Part shown: in pieces, positions 45,310 through 55,085 of the stretch
How the letters are laid out: each line of letters starts with the position of its first letter
How positions within the stretch are numbered: position 1 is the first letter of the stretch
Assembly (NCBI GenBank): GCA_051867895.1
Contig: JBJDZH010000011.1
Span: forward strand, 7,926 to 71,925
Length of the DNA: 64,000 bases
DNA from: Eubacteriales bacterium
GTDB lineage: Bacteria; Bacillota; Clostridia; Oscillospirales; CAG-272
Reading direction: 5' to 3'
The notes under the pieces: generated by a model
What the model saw: the letters and a program-made list of their open reading frames with translations, nothing else
Databases searched by the model: none
What the model was told of the DNA's origin: nothing
Program-made: the position numbers and the translations under genes

Positions 45310-45696
45310 ATGCGGAAAAACATCATCTATACCGCTGCGCATGTGCTGTTCAGCATCGTTCTGTTCTGGCTTCTGACGTTTTTGCCGGATCTCGGCGCAG
45401 GGCGGGAGTGGGAGCATTACAGCATGGAGCTTCTTTTTATCTGGTATCCGGCGGCGTGTATCATCGGCGGCGTCCTTGCCGGTCTGATCCCGCGGATCCC
45501 GCGGAAAACCCGCGTTCTGTGCGCGGTGCTGCTCGCTTTGATCGGGGCGCCGGGCGTGGCGCTCTCCGGCGTATGCCGACCCGCCGGCATCGCGCTGGAG
45601 GTCATGATCTATGCAAGCGGAGTGCTCTTAGGGCGCCTGTTCGCTGGCGTGGCAAGCACCTGCCGGAATAACCGGATACGGAGAGAGAAGCGCTGA
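45310..45696 (+). CDS. Small 4-TM hypothetical membrane protein
   Basis: GGAGGT RBS before the ATG at 45310; four hydrophobic segments. Confidence 0.6.
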   Translation: MRKNIIYTAAHVLFSIVLFWLLTFLPDLGAGREWEHYSMELLFIWYPAACIIGGVLAGLIPRIPRKTRVLCAVLLALIGAPGVALSGVCRPAGIALEVMIYASGVLLGRLFAGVASTCRNNRIRREKR

Positions 45697-45828
45697 GATC
45701 GGTCAGAAAAGCCGTGCTTTCGCCCTCTCCGGACGGAACAGAGGCTCAGAAATCGGGCAGACAGGATCGTCTTTACGCGGGGCGCGGAACGATTTACCGT
45801 TCCGCGTCCTGTTTTTGTGCGTTTCCCG

Positions 45829-45857
45829 TTGACAAAACGGCGGCGGTATGCTACACT
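45829..45857 (+). promoter_or_regulatory. Sigma-A promoter of the GH95 gene
   Basis: TTGACA-17-TACACT with TG extension. Confidence 0.7.
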
Positions 45858-45898
45858 CGCCATGGAAACTATCCGAGTACGTGAAGGAGGAATCGGCA

Positions 45899-48106
45899 AT
45901 GAATGAAAATCGGGTGCTCCGGTATGCGGGAGAGGCGCGTAACTGGAGCGAAGCGCTGCCGCTCGGCAACGGCAGGATCGGCGCGATGATGTATTCCGGC
46001 GCGCTGACAGACCGGATCCGGCTGAACGAGGATACGCTCTGGTCCGGACGGCCGGAACCAAACAAAAAGACGTTTGACACATCGGCTCTGCCGGAGGTGC
46101 GGCGGCTGATTGGTGAGGGAAAGTACGCCGAGGCGCAGGACAGGATCTCCGCCGCCATGCCGAACACGCATTCGCAGGGATATCTGCCGGCGGGCGAGGT
46201 GCTGGTGGAGCTGATCGGCGCGGATACACGCCCCGAGGAGTATGTCCGGGCGCTGGACCTGGAGACGGCGGTTCTGTCAGATTCGTATACGCTTGTGCGG
46301 ACGCGGCAGGGACAGCATCAGGTGGTCAACCGCGTGACGCGCGAGTCGTTTCTGTCCGCGGCGGATCAGGCACTGGTGTACCGCGTACATATGGAGCATC
46401 CGGCGGATTTCCGCATTGTGACCGCGTGCGATCTGCGGCATACGGTGCAGGCGGAAAACGGCGTTCTGACGCTGGACGGCGTCTGCCCGGTCGAGGCAAA
46501 TATGTATGATACGGTCGTACGCTATGAGGGCGAGAGCGTCTGCTACCGCATCGCCCTGCGCGTCGTACCGGACGACGGAAAGCCGTACGGCGCGGGCGCG
46601 GCGCTGTGGCTGCGCGGCTGTACCGGCTTCACCATGTACCTGACGATCGAGACGTCGTTTGCGGGCTATGACCGGATGCCGCTGAGCGAGGGACGCGAAT
46701 ATAAGGAGCGCGCTCTCGCCGTTCTGGACGCGGCGTGTGCGCGTTCGTATGACGAGCTGCGCCGCCGCCATATCGAGGATTACGGCGCGCTGTTCGGGCG
46801 CGTGTCGCTTACGCTGGGCGACGCACCCAGGCGGACGACGGATGAGCGGCTTCTCGACGCGGCGGACGATCCGGCGCTGGCGGCGCTGCTCTTCGATTAC
46901 GGGCGGTATCTTCTGATCTCCTGCTCGCGTCCCGGAACGCAGGCGGCAAATCTGCAGGGAATCTGGAATGAGATGCCGATCGCGCCGTGGCACTCCAACT
47001 ACACGATGAACATCAATACGGAGATGAACTACTGGCCGGCAGAGGTGTGCGCGCTGCCAGAATGCCATGAGCCGATGTTCCGCCTGGTGCGCGAGCTGGC
47101 GGCGCGCGGCAACAGCATGGGATACCGCGGCTGGGCATCGTGGCACAACTCCGATTTGTGGCGGTATTCGCTGCCGTCTACGCGCGGCGTGCAGTGGGGC
47201 TTCTGGCTGATGGGCGGCTTCTGGTCCTGCCGCCATTTGTGGGAGCATTATCTGTATACGCAGGACGAGGAGTTTTTGCGAAAGGCGTATCCGCTCTTTA
47301 CCGGCGCGCTCGACTTTTTGCTCGACTGGGTCGTGAAAACGCCGGACGGACACTGGACCACGTGCCCCTCTACCTCGCCGGAGAACAGCTTCCTCGACGG
47401 AGACCGGCGCGCATCGGCCGCAGCCGGATGCGCCATGGATCTCTCGATCATCCGCGAGCTGTGCGAGTATACGCGCCGCGCGGCGGAGATCTTAGGCGAG
47501 GATTTTACGCCGTATGCCGATCTGTCCACGCATCTCCAGCCGCTGTCCATCGGGGCGGACGGGCGTCTGCTCGAATGGGGAACGGAGCTGCCGGAGGCGG
47601 AGGCGGGACACCGGCACGTGTCGCATCTGTACGGCGTGTATCCGTCCGATACGCTGCGTCCCGGCGACGCATGCTATGACGCTGCCCGCAGGTCGCTGGA
47701 TTACCGGATGTCGCACGGCGGCGGTCACACAGGCTGGAGCAACGCGTGGATCGCGTGCCTCTTCGCGCGCTTCGGCGACGGAGAGAAGGCGCATGAGCGG
47801 GTTCTCCAAATGTTCCGTCAGTCGATTTACCCGAATATGCTCGACGCGCATCCGCCGTTCCAGATCGACGGCAACTTCGGCATCACGGCGGCGATCGCCG
47901 AGATGCTGCTGCAAAGCAGCTGGGAGGACGGCGCGTGGACGCTTTCCGTCCTGCCGGCGCTTCCTGCGGCATGGAAGCGGGGTGAGGTGCGCGGTCTGCG
48001 TGCAAGAGGAGGATTTATCGTATCGATCCGTTGGGACGAAAACGGCGTGGATACCGGGGTGGAAAACTCGTGCGGGCTTCCGTACCGGATCCGCCGTCCG
48101 CAGTGA
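45899..48106 (+). CDS. GH95 alpha-L-fucosidase / L-galactosidase (cytoplasmic)
   Basis: W.EALPLGNGRIGAM, NEDTLWSG, YGRYLLISCSR, ANLQGIWN, NINTEMNYW, SPEN, HRHVSHL and PFQIDGNFG. Confidence 0.92.
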   Translation: MNENRVLRYAGEARNWSEALPLGNGRIGAMMYSGALTDRIRLNEDTLWSGRPEPNKKTFDTSALPEVRRLIGEGKYAEAQDRISAAMPNTHSQGYLPAGEVLVELIGADTRPEEYVRALDLETAVLSDSYTLVRTRQGQHQVVNRVTRESFLSAADQALVYRVHMEHPADFRIVTACDLRHTVQAENGVLTLDGVCPVEANMYDTVVRYEGESVCYRIALRVVPDDGKPYGAGAALWLRGCTGFTMYLTIETSFAGYDRMPLSEGREYKERALAVLDAACARSYDELRRRHIEDYGALFGRVSLTLGDAPRRTTDERLLDAADDPALAALLFDYGRYLLISCSRPGTQAANLQGIWNEMPIAPWHSNYTMNINTEMNYWPAEVCALPECHEPMFRLVRELAARGNSMGYRGWASWHNSDLWRYSLPSTRGVQWGFWLMGGFWSCRHLWEHYLYTQDEEFLRKAYPLFTGALDFLLDWVVKTPDGHWTTCPSTSPENSFLDGDRRASAAAGCAMDLSIIRELCEYTRRAAEILGEDFTPYADLSTHLQPLSIGADGRLLEWGTELPEAEAGHRHVSHLYGVYPSDTLRPGDACYDAARRSLDYRMSHGGGHTGWSNAWIACLFARFGDGEKAHERVLQMFRQSIYPNMLDAHPPFQIDGNFGITAAIAEMLLQSSWEDGAWTLSVLPALPAAWKRGEVRGLRARGGFIVSIRWDENGVDTGVENSCGLPYRIRRPQ

Positions 48107-48109
48107 GGC

Positions 48110-48140
48110 GTGCGGGGAGCAGCTGCTCCCCGCACTTTTT
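48110..48140 (+). terminator. Intrinsic terminator after the GH95 gene
   Basis: GTGCGGGGAGC-AGCT-GCTCCCCGCAC-TTTTT. Confidence 0.85.
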
Positions 48141-48172
48141 CTTGCGTCCGTCCTTCACAGAGCGCGCCGCTA

Positions 48173-48263
48173 TTGATTTTCGGCGGCAGATACTGTATAA
48201 TACAACTCATGCCGCGTGTCGGATAGGCAGCCGCGGCGCCGGAGCGTCCGTCCGGCATTTTTT
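48173..48263 (+). promoter_or_regulatory. Promoter plus putative leader attenuator of the ABC exporter
   Basis: TTGATT-17-TATAAT (48173-48201); mini-ORF MPRVG* (48209-48226); hairpin GCCGGA/TCCGGC plus AT6 (48238-48263) upstream of the RBS. Confidence 0.5.
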
Positions 48264-48284
48264 CATCCAAGGAGGCGGAAAGGC

Positions 48285-50078
48285 TTGCTGTTCGGAAGAC
48301 AAATCAATCGCTATTACCTGCGCTATGCGCCCGCTTTGCTGCTCGGAGTGGCGGCGCTGATCGCTGTCGATTATTTCCAGCTGATCGTGCCGGAGCTGTA
48401 CCGGATGGTCGTCAACGGTCTGAACGAGGGAACAGCGGAGGTCGGGGGCGCCGCGGTGCCGTTCGATATGGATTTTTTGCTCGACCGGGTGTGCCTGCCG
48501 ATGATCGCCGTGATTCTGGTCATGGTCGTCGGACGGTTTGTGTGGCGCGTATGCTTTTTCGGCGCGGGACTGCGCGTGGAGACCGATCTGCGCGCGCGCA
48601 TGTTCGCGCACTGTGAGGAGCTGTCGCAGCAGTATTATCAGGAGAACAAGGTCGGGAATCTGATGTCGCTCTTTACCAACGATCTCGATACGGTGCAGGA
48701 CTGCTTCGGCTCGGGCGTGCTCATGTTCTGCGACGCTTTGTTCCTCGGCGTACTTGCCGTTGTCAAGATGGCGCGCATGGATCTGCTCCTGACGGGACTG
48801 TCGCTGATCCCGATGGCGCTGCTGATGGGGTCCGGCGTCATCGTCGGACGGTACATGATGAAAAAGTGGGAATACCGGCAGCAGGTGACGGCGGAGCTAT
48901 CCGATTTCGCGCAGGAGAGCTTTTCCGGCATCGCGGTCATCAAGGCGTTTGTCAAGGAAACGAAGGAGCTGCTCGCCTTCAGACGGCTGAACCGGAAAAA
49001 TGAGGACGCCAACGTCGAATACGTCAAGGCATCCACGCTGCTGAACATCACCGTCACACTGTTCGTCGAGTCGGTGATCTGTATCATTCTCGGCTACGGC
49101 GGCTGGCTGATCCACCGGGGCGTGTTCAACGCCGGACAGCTGGTGGAGTTCATCGGCTACTTTACCGCCATTGTCTGGCCGATTATGGCGATCTCGCAGC
49201 TGATTGAGATGCAGTCGCGCGGGAAAGCGTCGCTTGGACGTATCACGGCGCTGCTGGAGGCAAAGCCGGATGTCGCAGACAGCGAAAACGTCCGTGACGT
49301 ACCCGCTCTGCGCGGGGAGATCGAGTTCCGTTCCCTGACCTTCCGCTATCCCGGCGGGGAGTTTGACGTTCTGCGGGATGTGTCGTTCCATATCCTTGCC
49401 GGCGAGAACGTCGGCATCATCGGGCGTACCGGTGCGGGAAAGACGACGATAGTCGACCTGCTTCTGCGCACGTACAATGTGCCGGACGGGACGGTATTTC
49501 TTGACGGTCACGATATCAACACGCTGCCGATCCGGACGGTGCGGAAATTCGCCGCCTATGTCCCGCAGGACAATTTCCTGTTCAGCGATACGATCGAGAA
49601 CAATATTTCCTTTGCCTCGGACGGCGGAGACGCGGCGGCGGTCGAGAACGCCGCCCGGCTGGCGGACGTCCACGACAATATCGCCGCCTTCGGGCAGGGC
49701 TACCGGACGGTGCTCGGCGAGCGCGGCGTCACGGTGTCCGGCGGGCAGAAGCAGCGCATCAGCATTGCCCGCGCGCTGATGAAGGACGCGCCGGTGCTGA
49801 TTCTGGACGATTCGGTCTCTGCGGTCGATGTGAGTACGGAAAAGGTGATCCTCGACAACCTCCGCCGCGTCCGTGCGGGCAGGACGACGATCCTGATCGC
49901 ACACCGCATTTCGACGGTCGAGCGGATGGATAAGATCGTGTTTCTCGACGACGGGCGTGTCGCTGCGGTTGGGACGCATGCCGGGCTTCTCGAAAGCTGC
50001 GCGGCGTACCGCGAGATGGTGGAGCTGCAAAAGCTGAGCGGCGCCGCGGAGAGCGGGGAAAAGGAGGAAGCGCTGTGA
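48285..50078 (+). CDS. Heterodimeric multidrug ABC exporter, subunit 1 (BmrC/YheI-like)
   Basis: TMD plus NBD; Walker A GRTGAGKT, signature VSGGQ, degenerate Walker B ILDD; TTG start after AAGGAGG. Confidence 0.9.
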   Translation: MLFGRQINRYYLRYAPALLLGVAALIAVDYFQLIVPELYRMVVNGLNEGTAEVGGAAVPFDMDFLLDRVCLPMIAVILVMVVGRFVWRVCFFGAGLRVETDLRARMFAHCEELSQQYYQENKVGNLMSLFTNDLDTVQDCFGSGVLMFCDALFLGVLAVVKMARMDLLLTGLSLIPMALLMGSGVIVGRYMMKKWEYRQQVTAELSDFAQESFSGIAVIKAFVKETKELLAFRRLNRKNEDANVEYVKASTLLNITVTLFVESVICIILGYGGWLIHRGVFNAGQLVEFIGYFTAIVWPIMAISQLIEMQSRGKASLGRITALLEAKPDVADSENVRDVPALRGEIEFRSLTFRYPGGEFDVLRDVSFHILAGENVGIIGRTGAGKTTIVDLLLRTYNVPDGTVFLDGHDINTLPIRTVRKFAAYVPQDNFLFSDTIENNISFASDGGDAAAVENAARLADVHDNIAAFGQGYRTVLGERGVTVSGGQKQRISIARALMKDAPVLILDDSVSAVDVSTEKVILDNLRRVRAGRTTILIAHRISTVERMDKIVFLDDGRVAAVGTHAGLLESCAAYREMVELQKLSGAAESGEKEEAL

Positions 50079-51994
50079 GGGAATTCTATCCGCTTCTTGC
50101 GGTCGGTGCCATTACCGGCGTGATCTCGATCGTTTTTCTGATCGCGTACCTGTCGATCCAGGACAAAAAGGAGACCATCGGCTTTGACCGCAGCATGAAG
50201 GACGCGGAGCTGCTGCGCCGGCTGATGCGGTATGCGCGCCCGCATATCGGGAGCTTTGCGGCGGTCCTTGTGCTGATGCTTTTTTCCATCGCGTACGATA
50301 TTCTCTCTCCGATGATCGTCGGCAGGATCGAGGATATGCTCAAGGGCTCGTTTGCGATGCGGCAGCTGTTCTCGGCGGTCGCCGTGTACGCCGGGATTCT
50401 CATTGTATCGCTCGTATCCTCGTATATTCAGGCGATGATTCTGCAAAAGACCGGTCAGCGCATCGTCTCCAGCATCCGCGAGGACGTGTTTTCACACATT
50501 GAGAGCCTGTCGCACGCACAGCTCAACGCCATGCCGGTCGGCAAGCTCGTTACGCGCGTGACAAACGATACCTATGCGCTCTCCATGATGTTTACGAACA
50601 TTTTTGTCAACCTTGTAAAAAATGTGTTTGTGATCCTCGGCGTGCTGGCGGCGATGCTCTGCCTGAATTACGCTCTGACGCTGATGGTCCTCTGCTTTGT
50701 GCCGTTTATCGTACTGTTTACCGTCATTTTCCGGAAATTCTCACGCCGCGCCTACCGCAGTGTCAAGGACGCGACAACGGATATCAACACCTTTCTCTCC
50801 GAAAACCTCTCGGGTATGAAGGTCATTCAGCTTTTCAACCGCGAGGAGCGCAAGCGGATGGAGTTCAAGGAGAAAAACGACGCGCTCGGCAGCGCCAAGC
50901 GGCGGCAGATCTTTGTGTTCGGCATCTTCCGTCCGCTCGTGTATATGCTCTATATCTCCTCGGTCCTCTGCCTTCTGTATCTCAGTGGGCGCGGCTATAT
51001 CCGGAACGTCGTGTTCCTCGGACAGACGATCGGCAGCGGCACGCTTGTTGCCTTCTATATGTACATCTCCAAGTTCTTCAACCCGATTCAGAGCTTGGCG
51101 GAGCAGTTCAACTGGCTGCAGTCGGCGTTCGCCTCGGCGGAGAAGATCTTCACGATCCTGGACATTTCCCCGCAGATCACCGACGCGCCGGATGCCATTG
51201 AGCTGGAGCATGTCGAGGGTGAGATTGAGTTCCGGGACGTGTGGTTTGCCTATGTCCCCGGCGAATGGGTGCTGCGCGGCGTTTCGTTCCGGATCCGTCC
51301 GAAGGAGACAGTCGCCTTTGTCGGCTCGACAGGCTCCGGAAAAACGACGATCCTTTCGCTGCTCTGCCGCAATTATGATATTCAGAGGGGAGAGATCCTC
51401 GTCGACGGGATCGATATCCGGAGAATCCGGGTCGCCTCACTGCGCCGGCATTTCGGACAGATGCTGCAGGATGTGTTTCTGTTCTCCGCCACGATCCGGG
51501 ACAACATTCTTCTTCGCGAGGAGGGCGTCTCCGACGAGGAGATCATGAAGGTCTGCCGCTATGTCAATGCGGACGGCTTTATTTCGCGCCTGTCCGGCGG
51601 ACTGGATGAGGAGGTGCGGGAACGCGGCAGCAATTTCTCCGCCGGGCAGCGGCAGCTTCTGTCCTTTGCACGCACGATTCTCCATAAGCCGGAGGTGCTG
51701 ATCCTGGACGAAGCCACGGCGAATATCGATACGGAGACGGAGCTGCTGATTCAGAATTCGCTGGAGAAGCTGATGAATATCGGCACCATGCTGATCGTGG
51801 CACACCGTCTGTCCACGATCCGGCACGCGGACAATATCATTGTGCTCTCTCACGGAGAAATCGTCGAGCAGGGCACGCATGAGGAGCTGCTTCGGACAAA
51901 GGGGCGCTACTACAGCCTGTACATGCTTCAGGAAAACCGCGAGCGGCTGCTCAGCGGACAGCCGCAGGGGGGCGCCGCGCCGCAGAATACGTAA
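50075..51994 (+). CDS. Heterodimeric multidrug ABC exporter, subunit 2 (BmrD/YheH-like)
   Basis: GTGA overlap with subunit 1; GSTGSGKT, degenerate signature FSAGQ, and ILDEATANID. Confidence 0.9.
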   Translation: MREFYPLLAVGAITGVISIVFLIAYLSIQDKKETIGFDRSMKDAELLRRLMRYARPHIGSFAAVLVLMLFSIAYDILSPMIVGRIEDMLKGSFAMRQLFSAVAVYAGILIVSLVSSYIQAMILQKTGQRIVSSIREDVFSHIESLSHAQLNAMPVGKLVTRVTNDTYALSMMFTNIFVNLVKNVFVILGVLAAMLCLNYALTLMVLCFVPFIVLFTVIFRKFSRRAYRSVKDATTDINTFLSENLSGMKVIQLFNREERKRMEFKEKNDALGSAKRRQIFVFGIFRPLVYMLYISSVLCLLYLSGRGYIRNVVFLGQTIGSGTLVAFYMYISKFFNPIQSLAEQFNWLQSAFASAEKIFTILDISPQITDAPDAIELEHVEGEIEFRDVWFAYVPGEWVLRGVSFRIRPKETVAFVGSTGSGKTTILSLLCRNYDIQRGEILVDGIDIRRIRVASLRRHFGQMLQDVFLFSATIRDNILLREEGVSDEEIMKVCRYVNADGFISRLSGGLDEEVRERGSNFSAGQRQLLSFARTILHKPEVLILDEATANIDTETELLIQNSLEKLMNIGTMLIVAHRLSTIRHADNIIVLSHGEIVEQGTHEELLRTKGRYYSLYMLQENRERLLSGQPQGGAAPQNT

Positions 51995-52028
51995 AAAAAG
52001 CAGGGCTTTTCAAAAGCCCTGCTTTTTT
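51993..52028. terminator. Bidirectional terminator
   Basis: AAAAAAGCAGGGCTTTT-C-AAAAGCCCTGCTTTTTT. Confidence 0.85.
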
Positions 52029-52035
52029 CAGTCTT

Positions 52036-52728
52036 TTACAGAAGAGACCGGTATGCCTCAAAATAGCGCAGACCGAACTCGCGCAGCGCGGCGGAGCAGA
52101 AATGCAGTCCGTCCGGCTTGGGGGCAAGACCGACGGCGGAAACGACAGCTGTGCCCGGATGCGAAGCCGCGTACGTGTGCAGCTGTTCGTTGACGACCGC
52201 GTAGTACGCAGCCGCGCCGTTTTTGTAGTCTTTCAGATAGTCGCCCAGTTCCCCTGTGACCAGCGGCGCATCCGTGCCGATATCGCGCCGCAGCTGCCCC
52301 ATGATAGGAGCAAAGCGTTCCGCGTAGGAGGAGGCGCGCTCCATGCTTCCGCTCTCCGCTTCGCCCTGATGCCAGAGGATGCCGGCAAGTGTGCCGGAGC
52401 GCATGGCGAGCTTCGTCTGCATGACGGCGTTGTCGTACAAAAGACCGCCGACTGCCCAGTCGGAGAGGGAGGTGCCGCCGTCCGCACAGGGGACCAGTCC
52501 GATCTCCTCGCCGAAATACTCCGCGGCGGCGTGTGCGAAGCTGGCGGAGAGTCCGACGCCGCTGTGGAACGTCCCGCGGATGGGTCGGTCAAAATGGATC
52601 GGTTCCGTCATCGGCTGAAAGCGTCCGTTGCGCAGCATGCGGCAGCGCTTGTCCGCGATATCCGGCACCTCGCCGAATTCGCCGCGTCCCGCCATATTCG
52701 ATTGTCCGATCAGAAGAAAAACTTTCAT
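52036..52728 (-). CDS. SGNH carbohydrate acetylesterase (SASA/DUF303, CE6-like)
   Basis: GQSNMAGRG, GILWHQGE and DGLHF. Confidence 0.88.
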   Translation of the reverse strand: MKVFLLIGQSNMAGRGEFGEVPDIADKRCRMLRNGRFQPMTEPIHFDRPIRGTFHSGVGLSASFAHAAAEYFGEEIGLVPCADGGTSLSDWAVGGLLYDNAVMQTKLAMRSGTLAGILWHQGEAESGSMERASSYAERFAPIMGQLRRDIGTDAPLVTGELGDYLKDYKNGAAAYYAVVNEQLHTYAASHPGTAVVSAVGLAPKPDGLHFCSAALREFGLRYFEAYRSLL

Positions 52729-52740
52729 GGCAGTCCTCCG

Positions 52741-53667
52741 TTACCGTATGCCGTTTGCTTTTGCCCAGGCGCTGATTTTGTCGTAGACGGGCGTCTGTGC
52801 GCCGAAGCGCCGCGCAAGCGCGCAGACACGATGGACGAGTCCGTCCATCTCCGTCGGGTGTCCCGCCAGAGCGTCCCGCTGCATGGATGTCGTGGAATCC
52901 GGCGTCAGGGAGCGCATGATCGCCATGTTGGTGCTGCGCAGATCGTCGCCCACATCGATGCCCATGGCGGCGCCGAGCGCACCAACCTCATCCACCAGGG
53001 TAAGAAAGGTGTCCTGCGCTTCTCCCGTGCGCAGAAAATCGGCGCCGCGCGCATGGCAGTAAAGTCCTGCCGCACCCATGGGGGAGACAAAGCTGAATTT
53101 CCGGAGTGCCTCGCGCCGGATATCCTCGGTGAAGCAGGCGTCGATGTCCGCTCCGCGCAGCTCTGCTTCCGTTTCGCGCGCACGCGCGCTCAGATGACGC
53201 GTCTGTCCCGGCCGGTAGCCGAAAAAGACGCGGAAGATCGGAGACGGCTGTGAGACGACGCCGGGAGACTCGATCATGCCATAAATATAAATGCATCCGT
53301 CGAGAACCTCCGCGCCGGGAAGCTGCTCGGAGAGCAGCTCTCCGGTACCGAACACATTCAGAATCGGGATGACCAGCGTTTCCGGTCCCGCCGCGCGGGC
53401 GAGCAGCGGAAGCATCTCCGGAATGGAATAGTATTTGACGCACACAAAGATGACGTCCGGCGTGCCGGTGTATTCCTCCGCCGTGCAGAGCTGCGGATGC
53501 GGCAGGGTGAAGCTGCCGATCCTGGACGAATGCAGCGTCAATCCGTTTTCCCGCATCGCGGCAAGATGCGCTCCGCGGGCGATAAAGACGACGTCGTGAC
53601 CGGCGCGCGCCAGATAAGCGCCGAGGCAGCCGCCTGTGCCGCCCGCGCCGAGAATCAGGTATCTCAT
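52741..53667 (-). CDS. panE: Ketopantoate reductase family protein
   Basis: GAGGTGG, ARGAH, CVKYY, SMQRD...G..TE.D. Confidence 0.8.
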   Translation of the reverse strand: MRYLILGAGGTGGCLGAYLARAGHDVVFIARGAHLAAMRENGLTLHSSRIGSFTLPHPQLCTAEEYTGTPDVIFVCVKYYSIPEMLPLLARAAGPETLVIPILNVFGTGELLSEQLPGAEVLDGCIYIYGMIESPGVVSQPSPIFRVFFGYRPGQTRHLSARARETEAELRGADIDACFTEDIRREALRKFSFVSPMGAAGLYCHARGADFLRTGEAQDTFLTLVDEVGALGAAMGIDVGDDLRSTNMAIMRSLTPDSTTSMQRDALAGHPTEMDGLVHRVCALARRFGAQTPVYDKISAWAKANGIR

Positions 53668-53734
53668 GGGTTCCTCCGGAACATCGGTGAATGTTGTTTT
53701 GCTGCCGCCGAAGCTGCGGCATACGCCGCCGCGC

Positions 53735-55000
53735 TCACGGAACGATGGCGCCCAGAGCGCGCAGCCTTTGCTTCAGCGTGCCGACGTCGATCTCCGACGT
53801 GCTTCCTGTTTCTGCCATCAGGGCGGCGGCGACCCCCGCAGCCTGTCCGGACGCCATGCAGGGCGCCTCCACGCGGAGTCCGCTGTTGGCGTCCGTATCC
53901 GCGCTGATGCAGCGGCCCGCCGCGAGCACGTACCGGGAATCGGCAGGCACGAGGGCGGAATATGGGATGGTGGCGACGACATCCTCCTCGTGAAAGACCT
54001 GATGAATGCCCGAATCGGTGTGCCGGTCGATGGGATAAAACGCATAGCAGACGGCGTCGGGATACACCCGTCCGCGGATGTAGTCCTGTGCGCTGATCTC
54101 GGTCTTTCCGACAATGCGCACGCTTTCGCGCACGCCGCATTCGGAGGCGAAGGAGGCGACGTACAGCTTTTCCAGTCCCTTTACCCGCCGGAATACCTTG
54201 AGCAGCCGCATGCATACGGCTCTCGCCTCCGTCTCGAGCTGAGATTTCCCGTCGGAGGTCTCGGGTGCGGCGGTGTGGACGTGCATGTGGAATTTGTGCA
54301 TTTTGAGGATCGACATCGGCGTGGAGCCCTGAAAATCGCGCCGGAAGACCTCGCCGTCCGCGAACGCCTGACGGAAGACGGCGTTGACGTCGTTCTCGGA
54401 CACGTCTTCAAGACGGTAGCCGGCGAGCGTATTGATGAGCGTCGCGGGCTGGAGGAGCTCGCTTTTCCGGACAGCGAAGCCCATGGAGGAAACGGCGTTT
54501 GCGTCGCCGGTCGCATCGATGAGCACCCTGGCTTTTACGGTAAGCGGACCGTCCTTCTGGGCAAAGAGCGCGAGAACGCCGTCCTCTTTTTCCGACGCCT
54601 CAACGAGCATGGTGTGAAAATGCAGCGCAACGCCGCATTCGGCGCACATTTCGTCCAGCACCGCTGCGAGATCGAACTCATTGAGCCGGATCTGCAAATG
54701 CCAGTGCCGCGCGGGCAGGCGCACCTGCTCGGGAATCTCCGCGCCGCCGAGCGCGTCGACGCGCTGCACCGCTTCCCAGCACGGACCGGAGATGATCTGC
54801 TTTCCCCATGCGAAAAAGAGCCCCGGAAGGGACACGCTGCAGGCGGTCATGGTGCCGCCGAGCATCGAGCCTTTTTCCATAAGGAGGGTTTTCGCACCGC
54901 TTCGCGCGGCGCAGATCGCCGCGAAAGTTCCCGCCGTGCCGCCTCCGACGACGAGCACGTCCGTATCGATATGCCGCTCCACCGGCAGTGAATACATCAT
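53735..55000 (-). CDS. FAD-dependent oxidoreductase (FAD_oxidored-type family)
   Basis: DVLVVGGGTAG..AAI.AAR.G, IDATGD, GVRES.RI.G, AAGRCIS and R...CMA.GQAAG.AAA. Confidence 0.88.
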   Translation of the reverse strand: MMYSLPVERHIDTDVLVVGGGTAGTFAAICAARSGAKTLLMEKGSMLGGTMTACSVSLPGLFFAWGKQIISGPCWEAVQRVDALGGAEIPEQVRLPARHWHLQIRLNEFDLAAVLDEMCAECGVALHFHTMLVEASEKEDGVLALFAQKDGPLTVKARVLIDATGDANAVSSMGFAVRKSELLQPATLINTLAGYRLEDVSENDVNAVFRQAFADGEVFRRDFQGSTPMSILKMHKFHMHVHTAAPETSDGKSQLETEARAVCMRLLKVFRRVKGLEKLYVASFASECGVRESVRIVGKTEISAQDYIRGRVYPDAVCYAFYPIDRHTDSGIHQVFHEEDVVATIPYSALVPADSRYVLAAGRCISADTDANSGLRVEAPCMASGQAAGVAAALMAETGSTSEIDVGTLKQRLRALGAIVP

Positions 55001-55039
55001 GGCTTTCTCTCCTGTGTTCCTGACGGATGTAACTGAACC

Positions 55040-55068
55040 ATTATATCACGCGGCGGGAGTGGATGCAA
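55040..55068 (-). promoter_or_regulatory. Sigma-A promoter of the FAD oxidoreductase operon
   Basis: TTGCAT-17-TATAAT with TG extension on the minus strand. Confidence 0.65.
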
Positions 55069-55085
55069 GAGAGTCGGGACGGTTT

